This document shows positions 12,150 through 24,662 of a DNA stretch of 64,000 bases, piece after piece; position 1 is the first letter of the stretch, and the number at the start of each line of letters is the position of its first letter. Origin of the DNA: Octopus vulgaris (lineage: Eukaryota). The position numbers and the translations under genes are program-made. The notes below the pieces were generated by a model that did no database searches, was not told the DNA's origin, and was given only the letters and a program-made list of their open reading frames with translations. The stretch lies in NCBI GenBank assembly GCA_951406725.2, contig OX597817.1:124062001-124126000 (forward strand), read 5' to 3'.

Positions 12150-12505
12150 AGTGTTCAGATGCAAAACGACACTTGTCAAAGATGGCGTCCGGAATAGGGA
12201 GATGATGATGTCGGCAACAAATGTCAGGGAGAGACGAAGATAATATGCGTCTTCTTCTATGAAAAGGCTAACTGCTGCTAGAGTCAAATTCGGACAGAGA
12301 GAATATACGTGTTGTACCTTCGATAGCCATATCTCAAGTCGCTGCTTGCTGCTGCTATCACTCCGGACCCCTTTTAAGGTTCACCTTCCCTTCGCCATAC
12401 AAGCCAAACGCCACGTCAGCAAATTCCTACTTCCGGTGGTGAAAGCACCAACCCCGCACGCGCGAAATACAAATGGACGGTGCGCGAGCGCGCGCCGTTG
12501 TATAG
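12150..12505. promoter_or_regulatory. CpG-rich, housekeeping-promoter-like island
   Basis: Local CpG enrichment in an otherwise CpG-depleted window. AAGATGGCG (YY1-like, 12179), CCACGTCA (CRE-like, 12411), ACTTCCGG (ETS-like, 12429), TGCGCGAGCGCGCG (NRF1-like, 12481). Confidence 0.5.
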
Positions 12506-13329
12506 GATCACTACATTTTCTTCACCCGTTTTTACCCTATTTTCTTTTTTCGATTTCGTTTCCGGGTAATAATGTCAACATTAACCCATATTTTGCTGTG
12601 TTTATAATTGTATATTCACATAGGTCGTGTATGTAGGAGTTTATACATGAACGTAAATGGACGGCATTTTCCCATGTGTAGCGAGGCCCATTTCTTTAAT
12701 GGCATTTTGGAATGACTGGTCATTTGACCTATCATGTGAGCTTGGAACATTTAGTTGAGTCTTGTATTTTGATTATTCGAGTATTGCGCAGAATATGGAT
12801 CTCAGACCCAGTCACATTGTGCTTAATACATTCTAAATTACAAACCTACACTGTCACTGGTAGCCTATGTCTCTCTATAGCCTTTACAAAACCCTTATGA
12901 TAGAGAGGTGAGAGGATTCCTGGAGTACGTGTCATATTTCCCCTGCTGTTATAACGAAGTACTTCTAACTAGCGACAGCCAGAGCTGAAATATTATTTGG
13001 TCCACTGTGCAATTTAGTAGAGGAATGAAGTCTCACTGTTATTCTGAGGTTTATTTCTTGTAATATTGAGTTAACACACAACACAATTATATAATGGTAT
13101 AAAAAATTTCGTAGTAAACCGCGAGACTTTGTAACCACAGTTAAACACACACTCATACACTCTCATACAGTAGTGCCTAATCTCATTTATCTGTGCATCC
13201 ATACGGCTATAAATTTTTACACACACACACACACGTTGTCACACATGCATACACATGATGTGTATGGAGTATGAACAGCAAAATATTTAGTTCACTCTTA
13301 ATGTCATAAATACGTTTACTATGTATCTA

Positions 13330-14083
13330 CCCACACAAGGGGGTAAATTTTTAGATTATCACCCGCATTATTTTTACTAAGAAAGAAACAAAACTCGGAT
13401 TTTTTGTGTGGAATCAAGTACCCTGACCTCATAATATGCTGCAAATCCCTTATTTTGGTTCGGAAAATAGGGAGCAGTGGTGGAGGAGACACTCCCATCC
13501 TAGAATCATTGGAAATTTTTTTGTCGAATGAATCCTGTGACCTCCTAATATGCTACAAAACCTAAGGCGGCAGGCCTTGTAACATATTAGGTTACCGGAA
13601 TTCAGTCAATGGAAAAAAGATTCCAATGATTCCGGCCTGTTTTCTACCAACTCTTTTTTTTCCCCAAAAAAAAGAGGGGGTTGTTGCATATTATCAGGTC
13701 AGAGTACTTGATCCCATGCAAAACCTCTGAATTTTTTTTTTTTTTTTAGTGACAATCGTGCTGGAGAAAAGATCAATGGGGTGGGGGTGAAATTTCCGAG
13801 GCTTCCACCTCACCTCACCGCACCCCGTTTTCCGGACCCAAAAATTGGTTTTGTAGCATATTAGGAGGTCACCGAAATTCATTCAATGGAAAAAAAAGAA
13901 ATTTCCAATGATTCTGGGATACGGGGAGGGGGAGGGGCTTCACTCCCCTTTTTTTCGAACTAAAATTAGGAATTTGCAGTATATTAGGAGATCAGGGTAC
14001 TTGATTCCACGCAAAAAAATCCAAGTTTTATTTTTCTTAGTGAAAATTGCGCAGATGTTAATATAAGAATTTACCAACATGGG
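13330..14083. mobile_element. Non-autonomous foldback/MITE-like element with ~230-bp imperfect, subrepeated TIRs
   Basis: GTGGAATCAAGTACCCTGA and CCTCCTAATATGCTACAAAAC are mirrored by GTTTTGTAGCATATTAGGAGG and TCAGGGTACTTGATTCCAC. Ends are CCCA...TGGG, with TATCTA on both flanks. Confidence 0.8.
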
Positions 14084-15064
14084 TATCTAGCATTATGATT
14101 AAGTCCAGTGGGATCTTTTCTACATAGCAAGTGTAGAGTTCTGTATGAATACGTCAGCTTAAAAATTAATCAAATTACTTAATCAACTTAAAAAGCAAAA
14201 CAAAAAACTAAAACAATTGAACTGAAATCAGCCTCAGTACAAATAGAATACGTTTTTATCATTGACTGTTCTGATTTATTTGTCTTGTCAAATATATATT
14301 TCAAGTGTACTGAGATGTATTTACCATGACACTTAACTCGTGAAAAATATACCAAAATATATGTGTTAAAAAATTTACAATGCAAAAAAGTTTTGATTCT
14401 CTTAAGGTGATAATATGAAAGAGATTTTTATCAGGTAGAATTTTTTAAGTCCGATTAAGTGTTTCAAGATGTAGAAATGTACGTTGCTTATGATGTTGTT
14501 GTTGCCTAGACGAAATTTTAGAGATGTTTGTTTTTTCAGTTTAGTGCTTACTAATACAAATTTATACAGAAATGGTCGAGAGAGAAAGAGGTAAGGCAAA
14601 AAGAAAGAGACAGAAAAACAGACAGAAATAGATTTAACAGTAATTCCTAGACATGTGTGACTGGAATAAAGTTCTTTCTGTCTTTTTGTTTTTTTTTTTG
14701 TTTTGAAATTTTCTTGTCCTGTCATTATTTACACATCTTTTGCAATTTAGGTAAAGTTTCAGTAATAATGAATATATTGTTTGTTGTGGAACTTTTGCGA
14801 ATATGTGTTGATTGAATCAAGCTTATTTTTATTTCAGTAAATCAAAAATATAAATATTTCTCTTCTCCTTGGCTAACCCTATTGCTCCGGCTCATTGGCC
14901 ATCTAATTCAATCAATTCTAAGTAACTCAAAAACACTATGTGCATGAGAAACAATACTTGAGTTAATAAAATACTTAATGAAGTATAATGATTGTCAAAA
15001 ATATCCTTAGAAACACCGATTCAGTCTACACAGCTGATTCAGACTTCGACGAGGATCAAGACTA

Positions 15065-15257
15065 ACGTTCTGAGTTCTAACGTTCTGACCTTACGTTCTG
15101 AGTTCAAATTCAAAGGTCGACTTTCCCTTTCATCCTTTTGGGGTTGATAAATTAAGTACCAATTACGCACTGGGGTCGATGTAATCGACTTAATCCCTTT
15201 GTCTGTCCTTGTTTATCCTCTCTATGTTTAGCTCCTTGTGGGCAATAAAGAAATAAG
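15065..15257 (+). mobile_element. 5'-truncated CORE-type tRNA SINE (OR2-like)
   Basis: Matches the 3' part of the full copy at 26358-26590. Confidence 0.8.
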
Positions 15258-16835
15258 ACTAAATATAAGCTGGTGGGCCCCTGTTAGCAAATTACACCAG
15301 ATAGTCACACTTATTTCGAGGCCCTAATCTGTTGTTTGTTTAACTTTATACCTAAATATGGCACTGTCTCCTTGGGTGATAGAGAGAATAAAAAAGGTAA
15401 AACGTGAAACTACATCAACGTTCCCTACAATGGAAAGCACGATGGGAAATATATTGGTAAGCCGTTTAGAGAATTTTGAACTGATCTGCTAAAATAATTG
15501 GAATTGGTACCACAATGTAGTAATATCTGTTTTGTAGCCACAACAGAAGAGACAACTAAATAAGTCTCTAAATGGTTAACTGAACTGTTAAAGATGGCAG
15601 CATCATCTCTCACAAATCACACTTCTCCTGCCTTTATAGGAATGGCCCAGTGTATACAATAGTCTGTGGATATGGTTAAAGGGGTATTTACATGACCTGA
15701 TTTTAGGCTGTTTGCTGTCCTATAATAAAACCAACTCCAACGTTATTTGAATGACATTTATTTTTACAGAAGTTATTTCACAATATTTATGTAATCACAT
15801 TTTGCTTGTCATGTGTACATTGTGGTATACCGGAAGCAAATATAGTTCATAATTACACAAATAACAGGAAAAATGGCTTCATACAAGAGACGGGAATCAT
15901 ACATTGTCCTTCATTGTCTATGATTCCTTTAACGCATGTTTCTCTACTTCTCTGCTCCATGCTTGCCCACGTTGTTGCTTTTAATGCAAAATTCTCTGTA
16001 ACATCATAGAACATTCTATAATATGGTGCAATATTTCTACAAGCTGATTGGTTAATATTCAGAGCACATCACCTGATCTAAGTATGATCTGATCCCAGTT
16101 GCTAAATATGTAATGTTTCGATACTAGGCTTGTTACAAGTCCTACATTTCTCTCTAAGATGACAGTCTTGTCATGATACAAAGGTTTTTGTCATAGTTTT
16201 GCATACCCCAAATGATTCACACTTAAGCAACAACATCAGCCGAATGAACCTTAGCCACTTAATCTGCTAGAGATACAGCTAAATTTCCTTACAATTACAT
16301 TATTTTTTAAAAGGATGCTATTTGAGGGTGCATTGTATAACACAACATTATATATGTGATACCTCAAAAAACAAAAAGTAAAAACAGGATATTTATGACT
16401 GGGATATTTTAATCATAAGCATATTTTAATTAGAGATAGCCTAGTGCAAAATGGCTACAGCTAATGACAAACTTTCCAAATTGGTGATTTACTAAAACAG
16501 TGGATACAGGTATGGTTGAGTGGTCAAGAAGTCCTGGTGTGATTCTACCAAACATTACCATGGGCAAATGCTTCCTGAGATATCAGTTTGATCAACATCT
16601 CATTTATAGAATATCATTAGATAACTATGCAAAGGCCTGCTGTAAGTGCAAACATATGGATGTGTGTATGTGTGTGAGTGTTTTTGTTATACACAGTAGA
16701 GGCATTATTTAATAAAAATAGCTCTCTGTGTACCATACTTAATGCATGCTACACTGTTGCATTTAACAGGCCAGTTACTGTAATATTTTTCCTGACACAT
16801 CTCTTATGGACGTGCTGTGTTAAAAAATGTGTGTG

Positions 16836-16879
<44 letters not shown>

Positions 16880-17289
16880 AACACACACGTTTTCATGCTT
16901 TTGCATCTATTTCCTGCCTCTGCATTGCAAAACCACATCCTTCAAAATGAGAGTCAATACCCCAGAAATTAATCCAAAATACATTACTTTGAGTATAAAT
17001 GATGTTTCTTGGAAGCTTTATTGGAATATAACCAACTCAAGTATAACCTTTTGGTGATATGCATATAGTTTTCTTTCTGATGACCTGTTGAATTAGGGTG
17101 GTGCAACTTCTCTTCATGTATGTCATGGTCATCAGTTAAGAAATATTTATGGAGAAGACCCTTTCCAACTTTGGTAAGATTTTCAGCCTCATATGAGCAA
17201 ATATGTTCCATTACTTGCCTTACTCTGTGCGTGTGTGCGTATCTTGTGTCATGCATTGGCTTCCATATTTGGCACAAGGCCAGCAGGGA

Positions 17290-17463
17290 GGAGGTAGGTT
17301 GATTACATCAATCCCAGTGCTCAACTGATACTTGTTTTATCGACCCTGAAAGGGATGAAAAGCAAAGGTGATCTCAGTGGAATTTGATCGAAGTAAGTAA
17401 AAACTTAAGAAATACTGGTTAGCATTTTGCCCAGTAGTAACAATTCTGCCAGTCCACTGCCTT
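17290..17463 (-). mobile_element. Degenerate CORE-type SINE
   Basis: Reverse-complement similarity to 26358-26520. Confidence 0.6.
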
Positions 17464-18029
17464 AAATCTTGTGCCATAAACTGCCAATGAACATAATTGA
17501 CTAGAACAATGGATACAGTGCTTTTTGAATAAAGTCTTCTGAGTTACTCCCACTGTTAGAAACACGGTGAACATGTAATTGGTTCATTGGAAAACCTGTT
17601 TCCAAAAACACATTTTATAGCATTATAATATCATAATAGCATTACATCGTAATAGCATGAATAACTAGCCAGGTAATGGCTGACCACTGTGCTCTGTATC
17701 CAATGTGAAACACAGCTTAATAATGCATCTCATCTCTACTCTCTATTCTCACCTGTTTATTGAATCTCATCCTCACCAGGACTGTAACATGTCACCTGGT
17801 TTAGAAACATACTAGAGTGTATCCAATTCTCAAGAAAAGCAACCACTTTTGATGCTGCCAAATATCATCCTATATCAACTGATAATATCTCAAAGGTAAT
17901 GTGGAGAGAGAGCTATTAACTGCAATCTTCTCCAATATAACCCTGCTTTTCAGAGAAGAGAATTTAATATTTCAGAACTGTCCATTCTGTTGAAAAAAAG
18001 AATGGTCTAGATGTGACTGTATCTCTCTG

Positions 18030-18071
18030 CCTGTATGTATATTTGTGTATGTATATGTGTGTGTGTATGTG

Positions 18072-18114
<43 letters not shown>

Positions 18115-18120
18115 TTATAC

Positions 18121-18176
<56 letters not shown>

Positions 18177-18232
18177 TTATACACATACATACATACACAT
18201 ATACATGCATATACATTTATGTGTGTGTGTGT
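18030..18232. repeat. Compound (TA)n/(TG)n microsatellite
   Basis: Directly visible. Confidence 0.95.
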
Positions 18233-19329
18233 AAGCAAAGGACATTGAAAGCTACCATTATTCTGAAGAAAGAGAAAACTAAATTCTTATTCTCAATGTC
18301 AGTTTTAATAAACTCTTGAACATGAAATAGACAAGATTTACATTGTAATTAATTCTTTATGAGAATTCCAAGTGTGGAATCACTTTCAATGAGTACATCA
18401 TTTCACAAAACTTCATTAGTATCTTTTAATTTCATTTCCATTCACATTTCAGTTTTACTCTTGGTCTACTATTATGATTTCCTTCGCATGTATGAAGCTT
18501 TACAGGAAATTAACTTAAATTGGTTTCTTGCATTACCATAAGACTACTCATTTAAATTGAATATTTGGTGTATTACAGGTACCAATTTTATAAATTTCTC
18601 CTCAGAGGGAAAGTTGAGGAGAGATAGGTGAGGTAGAATGATGAAATGCAAAGTGTAAAAGGTTGTAATTAAATATAGCAAATAATTTTTTTCATTGTCA
18701 TTCATCACTCTTTCCATTAATGTCTATGAAAACAGGAAGGACACATAAGATATATATTCACAAGTAAAAGAGATAAAGAAATGGTTGGTCATGGTTGCAA
18801 TGAGTTTAGAGTCTGTTTGATCAGGATTTATTTTGGCCTGAACTATAATACTATAAATATTATACTGTGCCAGCTGAAAATATCAGAAACTCAGGCATTT
18901 GCCAAGCATTCAATGTCCTATGGAGTGCTACATCATGTGTTTCCCAGTAATTGTGGTTACATGAGAGAGAGAAAAGGGGTGGAGGTGGGGAGGGGACAGA
19001 GAAAGAGATTGGAGAGAGATAGAAAGAAGCTTTAGTACACTGTTTTCCTTACTCAGAGGTGCTAAAATTAATTTCGGTGGGTGCTGAGATTTCTAATTAA
19101 ATTATACTCTCCTCTGAACACCACAATGGAAAATTTAAGTAAGGATGCTCATTGTTTCCACTGGTTACCAAATGAGAAACTAGGTTAGAAAAAAAATTAG
19201 GACACACAGCTGTAGTAAACTAAAGCTTGTAAAAATATATTTTCAATCATTTGTGATAGAAGATATATTAAATTCTCTCACAAACTTAGTCAATAAAGAA
19301 TGATGTTGCTTAAAAAGAAAAATGAATGG

Positions 19330-19590
19330 ATGAAAGTCCAACGAACATATTTACAGATATGAAGCTGAGAATGTTGCTGGAAAGAAATGCCAGATGAATT
19401 CTTGAAGGTGAGGCAACTGGCAGGAGATCTAGGTGCAGACCAAGAACAAGATGGTTGGATAATATCCGTAGTCTCAATTGGTCAAATTTTGGAATCCAGC
19501 TGGGATGTGTAATGACAATCACTTCTGATAGGACCAAAGGAAGAGGTGTCTGAGGACTCTACCTCCATGACCATCCCAGGACAGTGAAGA
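19330..19590 (+). mobile_element. RTE LINE 3' fragment
   Basis: Translates ILEGEATGRRSRCRPRTRWLDNI, matching the RTE C-terminal GxRxRGRPRxxW motif. Confidence 0.65.
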
Positions 19591-19884
19591 AAATAAATGG
19601 ATAAATAGGAATTGAGAAATAATTTCTTTATTTAATAATGTGTTGTATTTATTAGAAAATTAGTTAGATTGAAATGTTCAGCACCCATTACTCTTCCTAT
19701 CAGCATCTCCAATGTTTTCATGAAAAAATGTATGAAATTCTCCATCAGATTTAGTTCAGGGTTGAAATTAGGATTGGCAGTGCATCAAAAAATTTCATTG
19801 AAAATATTTTGTTGTTATCTTTCATTTTTCTATCATTAAAGATTTTATTATGTATTTATTATCAATTTGTACAAAGACAACAGG

Positions 19885-20282
19885 TTACTCTTTTACTCTT
19901 TTACTTGTTTCAGTCATGTGACTGTGGCCATGCTGGAGCACCACCTTTAGTCAAGCAAATCAACCCCAGTACTTATTCTTTGGAAACCTAGTACTTATTC
20001 TATCAATCTTTTTTGCCGAACCGCTAAGTTACGGGGACGTAAAAACACCATCATCAGTTGTCAAGCGATGTTGGGGGGAAAGACACAGACACACATGTAC
20101 ATATATATATACATATATATGGTGGGCTTCTTTCAGTTTCCATCTACCAAATCCACTCACAAGGCTTTGGTCGGCCCAAGGCTATAGTAGAAGACATTTG
20201 CCCAAGGTGCCACGCAGTGGGATTGAACTCAGAACCATGTGGTTGGTAAGCAGGGTATTTACCACACAGCTACTTCTGTGCC
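19885..20282 (-). mobile_element. Full-length tRNA-derived SINE (same family as 29639-30041)
   Basis: Reverse complement of the 29639 copy, including the (GTAAAAGA)n tail. Confidence 0.9.
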
Positions 20283-20337
20283 TTGAGATTTGAGGTTGTT
20301 GTGATTTTTGTAATGTTGCACATCAAAAACAAGAGAA

Positions 20338-20475
20338 GGTGCACAGCTTAGTGTTTAGGGCATTTGGCCAATGATCTTACGGTTGTGAATTCAATTCCTG
20401 GTGACATGTTTTGTGCTCGAGCAAGACACTTGATTTCACATTGCTCCAGTCTACTCAGTTGGCAAAATGAGCAAT
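20338..20475 (+). mobile_element. Degenerate tRNA-derived SINE head
   Basis: A-box-like AGCTTAGTGTTTAG, B-box-like GAATTCAATTCC, then GAGCAAGACACTT. Confidence 0.5.
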
Positions 20476-20614
20476 ACCTGTATTTTCAAAGTACCTGTAT
20501 TTTGATCCAATGATGAGATTCAGGAATGAAAAGATGAGGTGAATCAGAAGAAACAATACATATCTCAGACAGAAGTTGACAAAGGCAGGTACTTGAATTT
20601 ACAATTTGCAAACT

Positions 20615-20835
20615 CAGTAAGGTAAATCGCTAACAGTTCTCTTCTGAAAGTGCTATAGCATGTCTCAGCTTGCTTGAGCCAGCAAGAATAGAATGCCAAA
20701 GACTGCAGATTTCCTTGATGAGATTGCTGTAAGACAACACCAACAGCTGAATCAACAACAAGCAGAAACTTTGCATCAGATTTGGGGTGTGCCAATAATG
20801 ATAATTTAGCAAGCTCCCTTTTGACAGTCTGAGGA
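20615..20835 (-). mobile_element. Ty3/Gypsy RT-RNase H fragment
   Basis: LLAHPKSDAKFLLVVDSAVGVVLQQ...LAFYS...AETCYSTFRRELLAIYL. Confidence 0.85.
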
Positions 20836-20983
20836 GATAGGTGAAAAGCCAAGCACAAGAGAGAAAGTGCCAGAGAGAGCCAAGCAAAGAGAGAGAATTG
20901 CATGGTACATTGCTTTTTATAGATAGCCAGTGATAATATCACCTGTTAGCAATCCTACTGGATGTTGCTATATATCTCACAAT

Positions 20984-22654
20984 ATTCTGTAGTGAAGGAG
21001 GGAACACAACTCTCATTTATTTCCCTTTCTCTCTGGTAGAGTCTACCACAAATGAAAGGCAAAAATTGATCTCAGCAGAATATCAACCCAAAAAATAAAG
21101 ATGGATGAAATTCCACTAAGCATCTTGTCTGGTATGCTAATGAAGCTGCTAGCTTGTTAGTTTAATAATAATAATAATAATAATAGTACTCTGATGCAGT
21201 ACCAGGCAATGGCTCTCATGGCTTCATATCTTAACAGATTGGAAGTATTATCATGTACATTGGTATAAAAGATGGGCTACAGCAAATATTCTGCTCAATA
21301 GCATAGATTTGCTTGTCAGTTGTTTGGCCTTAACCAGCTGAGCATGTCCCTTTGCGACTGACGATATGTGCATCTCTGATCACAAGTAGAAATATCTGGG
21401 GAGTAGCATAGCCATGTGGTGTTGAGAGGAATTCTTTAAGGCTGGATAATTTACTCTGGAAACATGGGTGTTTTGTTTAAGATCCTCAAACAACCCTTAT
21501 TCAGGGGCCTTTTGAGCGAGATGGGCTACATGACCTGGATAGCAATAAGGATATAACAAAGGATATGAAAATAGAATGCAGAAATAAATGAATAAATAAA
21601 ATCTCCAATAACAGGGCAGTCCAACTCGAAAAATTCAGGGGAGACACCAAACAATAATATCCAGATTATTCTGCCTCTGTAAAGTATCAAAAGTACCCTC
21701 TTCCAGTTTCTTTCCTCCTGCTTAGAAATTCATACTCAGGGAAGGTCCATTCAAATTCCCTTTCGATAAACACACTAGAAGGCAGTGTCTTCTCTACACT
21801 CATTTTCTGCTTCAAATGGTGCACAAAGAAGTTGATGAGATCTTGATCAGATAGGAAAGCACTTATCTTTAAACTTTTCACATTAGTTCCTCACACAACT
21901 TCTTTCACTACAGCCACCAAGCAGAGAAAGATTCGTCTTCCTTTTCCTTCAAAGTAAGGTGGTATGTTGATCTTCGTTATGGGCTCAGTAGACAGCCAAA
22001 TTCTTTCTTTATGTGACTGCAGCTTCTTTACATAAGCCCACAAGTAGCTCATACCAAGATAAACAGTACATGACCTAGCAGGTAGGGTCCAGTTAGAATT
22101 TTCTTCAGGTCATGTAGCCCATCTTGCTCAAAAGGCCCCTGAATAAGGGTTGTTTGAGGATCTTAAACAAAACACCCATGTTTCCAGAGTAAATTATCCA
22201 GCCTTAAAGAATTCCTCTCAACACCACATGGCTATGCTACTCCCCAGATATTTCTACTTGTGATCAGAGATGCACATATCGTCAGTCGCAAAGGGACATG
22301 CTCAGCTGGTTGAGGCCAAACAACTGACAAGCAAATCTGTTATTGAGCAGAATATTTGTTGTAGCCCATCTTTTATACCAATGTACATAATAACACTTCC
22401 AATCTATTAAGATATGAAACCATGAGAGCCATTGCCTGGTACTGCATCAGAGTACTGTTATTATTATTATTATTAAACTAACAAGCTAGCAGCTTCATTA
22501 GCATACCAGACAAGATACTTAGTGGAATTTCATCCATCTTTATTTTTTGGGTTGATATTCTGCTGAGATCAATTTTTGCCTTTCATTTGTGGCAGACTCT
22601 ACCAGAGAGAAAGGGAAATAAATGAGAGTTGTGTTCTCTCCTTCACTACAGAAT
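20984..22654. repeat. Large inverted duplication: arms 20984-21537 and 22106-22654, spacer ~570 bp
   Basis: The arms are near-identical reverse complements with only scattered substitutions and small indels. Confidence 0.95.
21740..22040 (-). mobile_element. Tx1/L1 ORF2 C-terminal fragment inside the spacer
   Basis: KSLKISAFLSDQDLINFFVHHLKQKMSVEK resembles EGLVKGSFISGPGLLKYFGYHLKSKMGLEK of the 63355-63846 ORF. Confidence 0.65.
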
Positions 22655-24078
22655 TGCACCATGATGTACAGGAACATTTAATTCTAATGCATGCATCTAG
22701 GACAGGTTCTGCTATTAGCACTTCCATACTAGAAGAACTTTTCTCAAATAGGTAATACTTCACTATTGCACTTTCGTGGCAAGCTTATTTGGTCCATAGT
22801 ATCCAATCTGAAAGTCCTCCCGAAGAAACTTCTTGTTCTTGTTGACGCCAAAAGTCGCATCTTTTTCTGATTGAAGTGCTCACAAACTTTTTGGATTTGC
22901 AGATAAAGCAAGTATATTTACCAATCTGTCCACTTTTCCTTTGATTGGGCTGTTCGACAATCACCCATTCAGTTGTTCTTGTGTCTGCTGAGGCTACTTC
23001 GACACCTGATGGTTTAATTGTATCATTCAATGTTGTTGGTAAAGTGAAAGTGGTGGGGGACTTGTTTCTATGACATTCTATGAGTAGAGAGATATTATGT
23101 TGATTTTGTAGTTGTTGTTACAGCTGCCCTTAGTTTGACTGCTATAGATTTGTTACTGGGAGCAACAGGGCAGAATGATACACTGCTTTCACCCTGTAAA
23201 ATTTTGCCCCAGTAATCAAATATTTATTTAATAGTTTTAGTAGTTGCATGTTAACAAGAAACTTGAGCACAATACATCACTCTTTTCCCTCTCTACCAAA
23301 GGATGGGAAGGCTTTAGAAGAAAGACAGTAATAGAAGTGTTTTATTTTCCCTTGTTGCAAATTTTTATTGTTTTGTAGTAAAGTTATTTAGTCAGTTTTC
23401 ATACAATGTATTATTTGTTAACAAATTTGTCCCGTTAATAAGTTAACAAAAAACCCTCGATAGGTGTTTAAATACCTGTCATATATATATTTGTGTGCAT
23501 GTGTCTGGGTTTATTCTCCTCCATTACTACTTGACAACTGGTGTTAGTTTGTTTATGTCCCATAATTTAGGTGTTTGTCCTAAAGAGGTAGAATAATTAC
23601 TAGACTTGAAATTTGCACTGGATTTGATCTGCTCTACCTAACTTTTCAAGGCAATGCTCTTGCAAGGCTGCTGTCCAATGATTGAACTAAGCAAAAAAAT
23701 TAAACATAATAACAATATGATAATCATCATTTTAAAAATTCATTAAGGTGACTAAATCTATAACACTTATTATAATGGTAAATATGTTAAAGTATTTTAT
23801 TAACTTAGACAAATTTGCAACTATTATTATGCTAATTTTGTGAGATTGCTATTTTATTACTTAAGACATTTTGTCATTTATTAGTAAAACTTCATTTTTT
23901 TTCTCCTTTTCTATTTTCATACTTTTTTTTTGTTTGCTATTTTAATTAGAATGTAAAATTTTGAATTCATTTTTGGTGAGGTTATATTACATGTTAAGAT
24001 TTGCCTACAATCTTTCAAAACTAGTTTTTTATTTTCTTTCTGTCTCTCTCTTATAACTTATTAAATTTTAAATTCTTG

Positions 24079-24141
24079 TACAACAATAATAATAATAGTA
24101 ACAATAGTAACAATAACAACAACAATAATAATAATAATAAT
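24079..24141. repeat. (AAT/AAC)n microsatellite
   Basis: Directly visible. Confidence 0.9.
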
Positions 24142-24504
24142 ATATTTATTCTCTGCTTAGTCTGTTTATATATTACAATTTGCAATAATTTTGTCATCAA
24201 CTTTAATGAAATAAATTTAAAAAAAAAAAGTTTTAATATCTTAGAAACATTAGTATACCAATAACCAAGTTTATGAGAAAAATAAATTTGAAATTGCATA
24301 GATTAATTAATGATATTATATCATGTGTAAGTATTTTGAAATTGTTTTATAATTTTTTTTTTAAAAGTAAATGCATCCTTCAACAATCAGTATTCAGATT
24401 GTTTGAATTACAGAACTATCAACTTACATTATTATAGTGAATTCTGCATGCATACATACATACATATTTGTACATATATGTACATAAAAATACGTACATA
24501 CACA

Positions 24505-24662
24505 CACAACAGACTTCTATCATTTTTCATAATCCAAATTCACTCACAAAGCTTTGGTTGGTCTGTGGTTATAGAAGAAGGTATCTGCCCAAGGTATTAT
24601 ACAGTAGGACGGAACCTGGGACCATGTTGTTGGGAAGAAAACTTCTTACCACACAGCCACAT
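24505..24662 (-). mobile_element. SINE 5' half (29639 family)
   Basis: CACTCACAAAGCTTTGGT...CTTACCACACAGCCAC. Confidence 0.75.

Noticed and set aside
22785-23030. Cys-containing ORF (CFICK...DWIL)
   Set aside because: Flanked by stops, and the motif is incomplete; probably a decayed transposon but not assignable.
24051-24299. Poly-Asn / poly-Leu ORFs
   Set aside because: Artefacts of an (AAT/AAC)n microsatellite.
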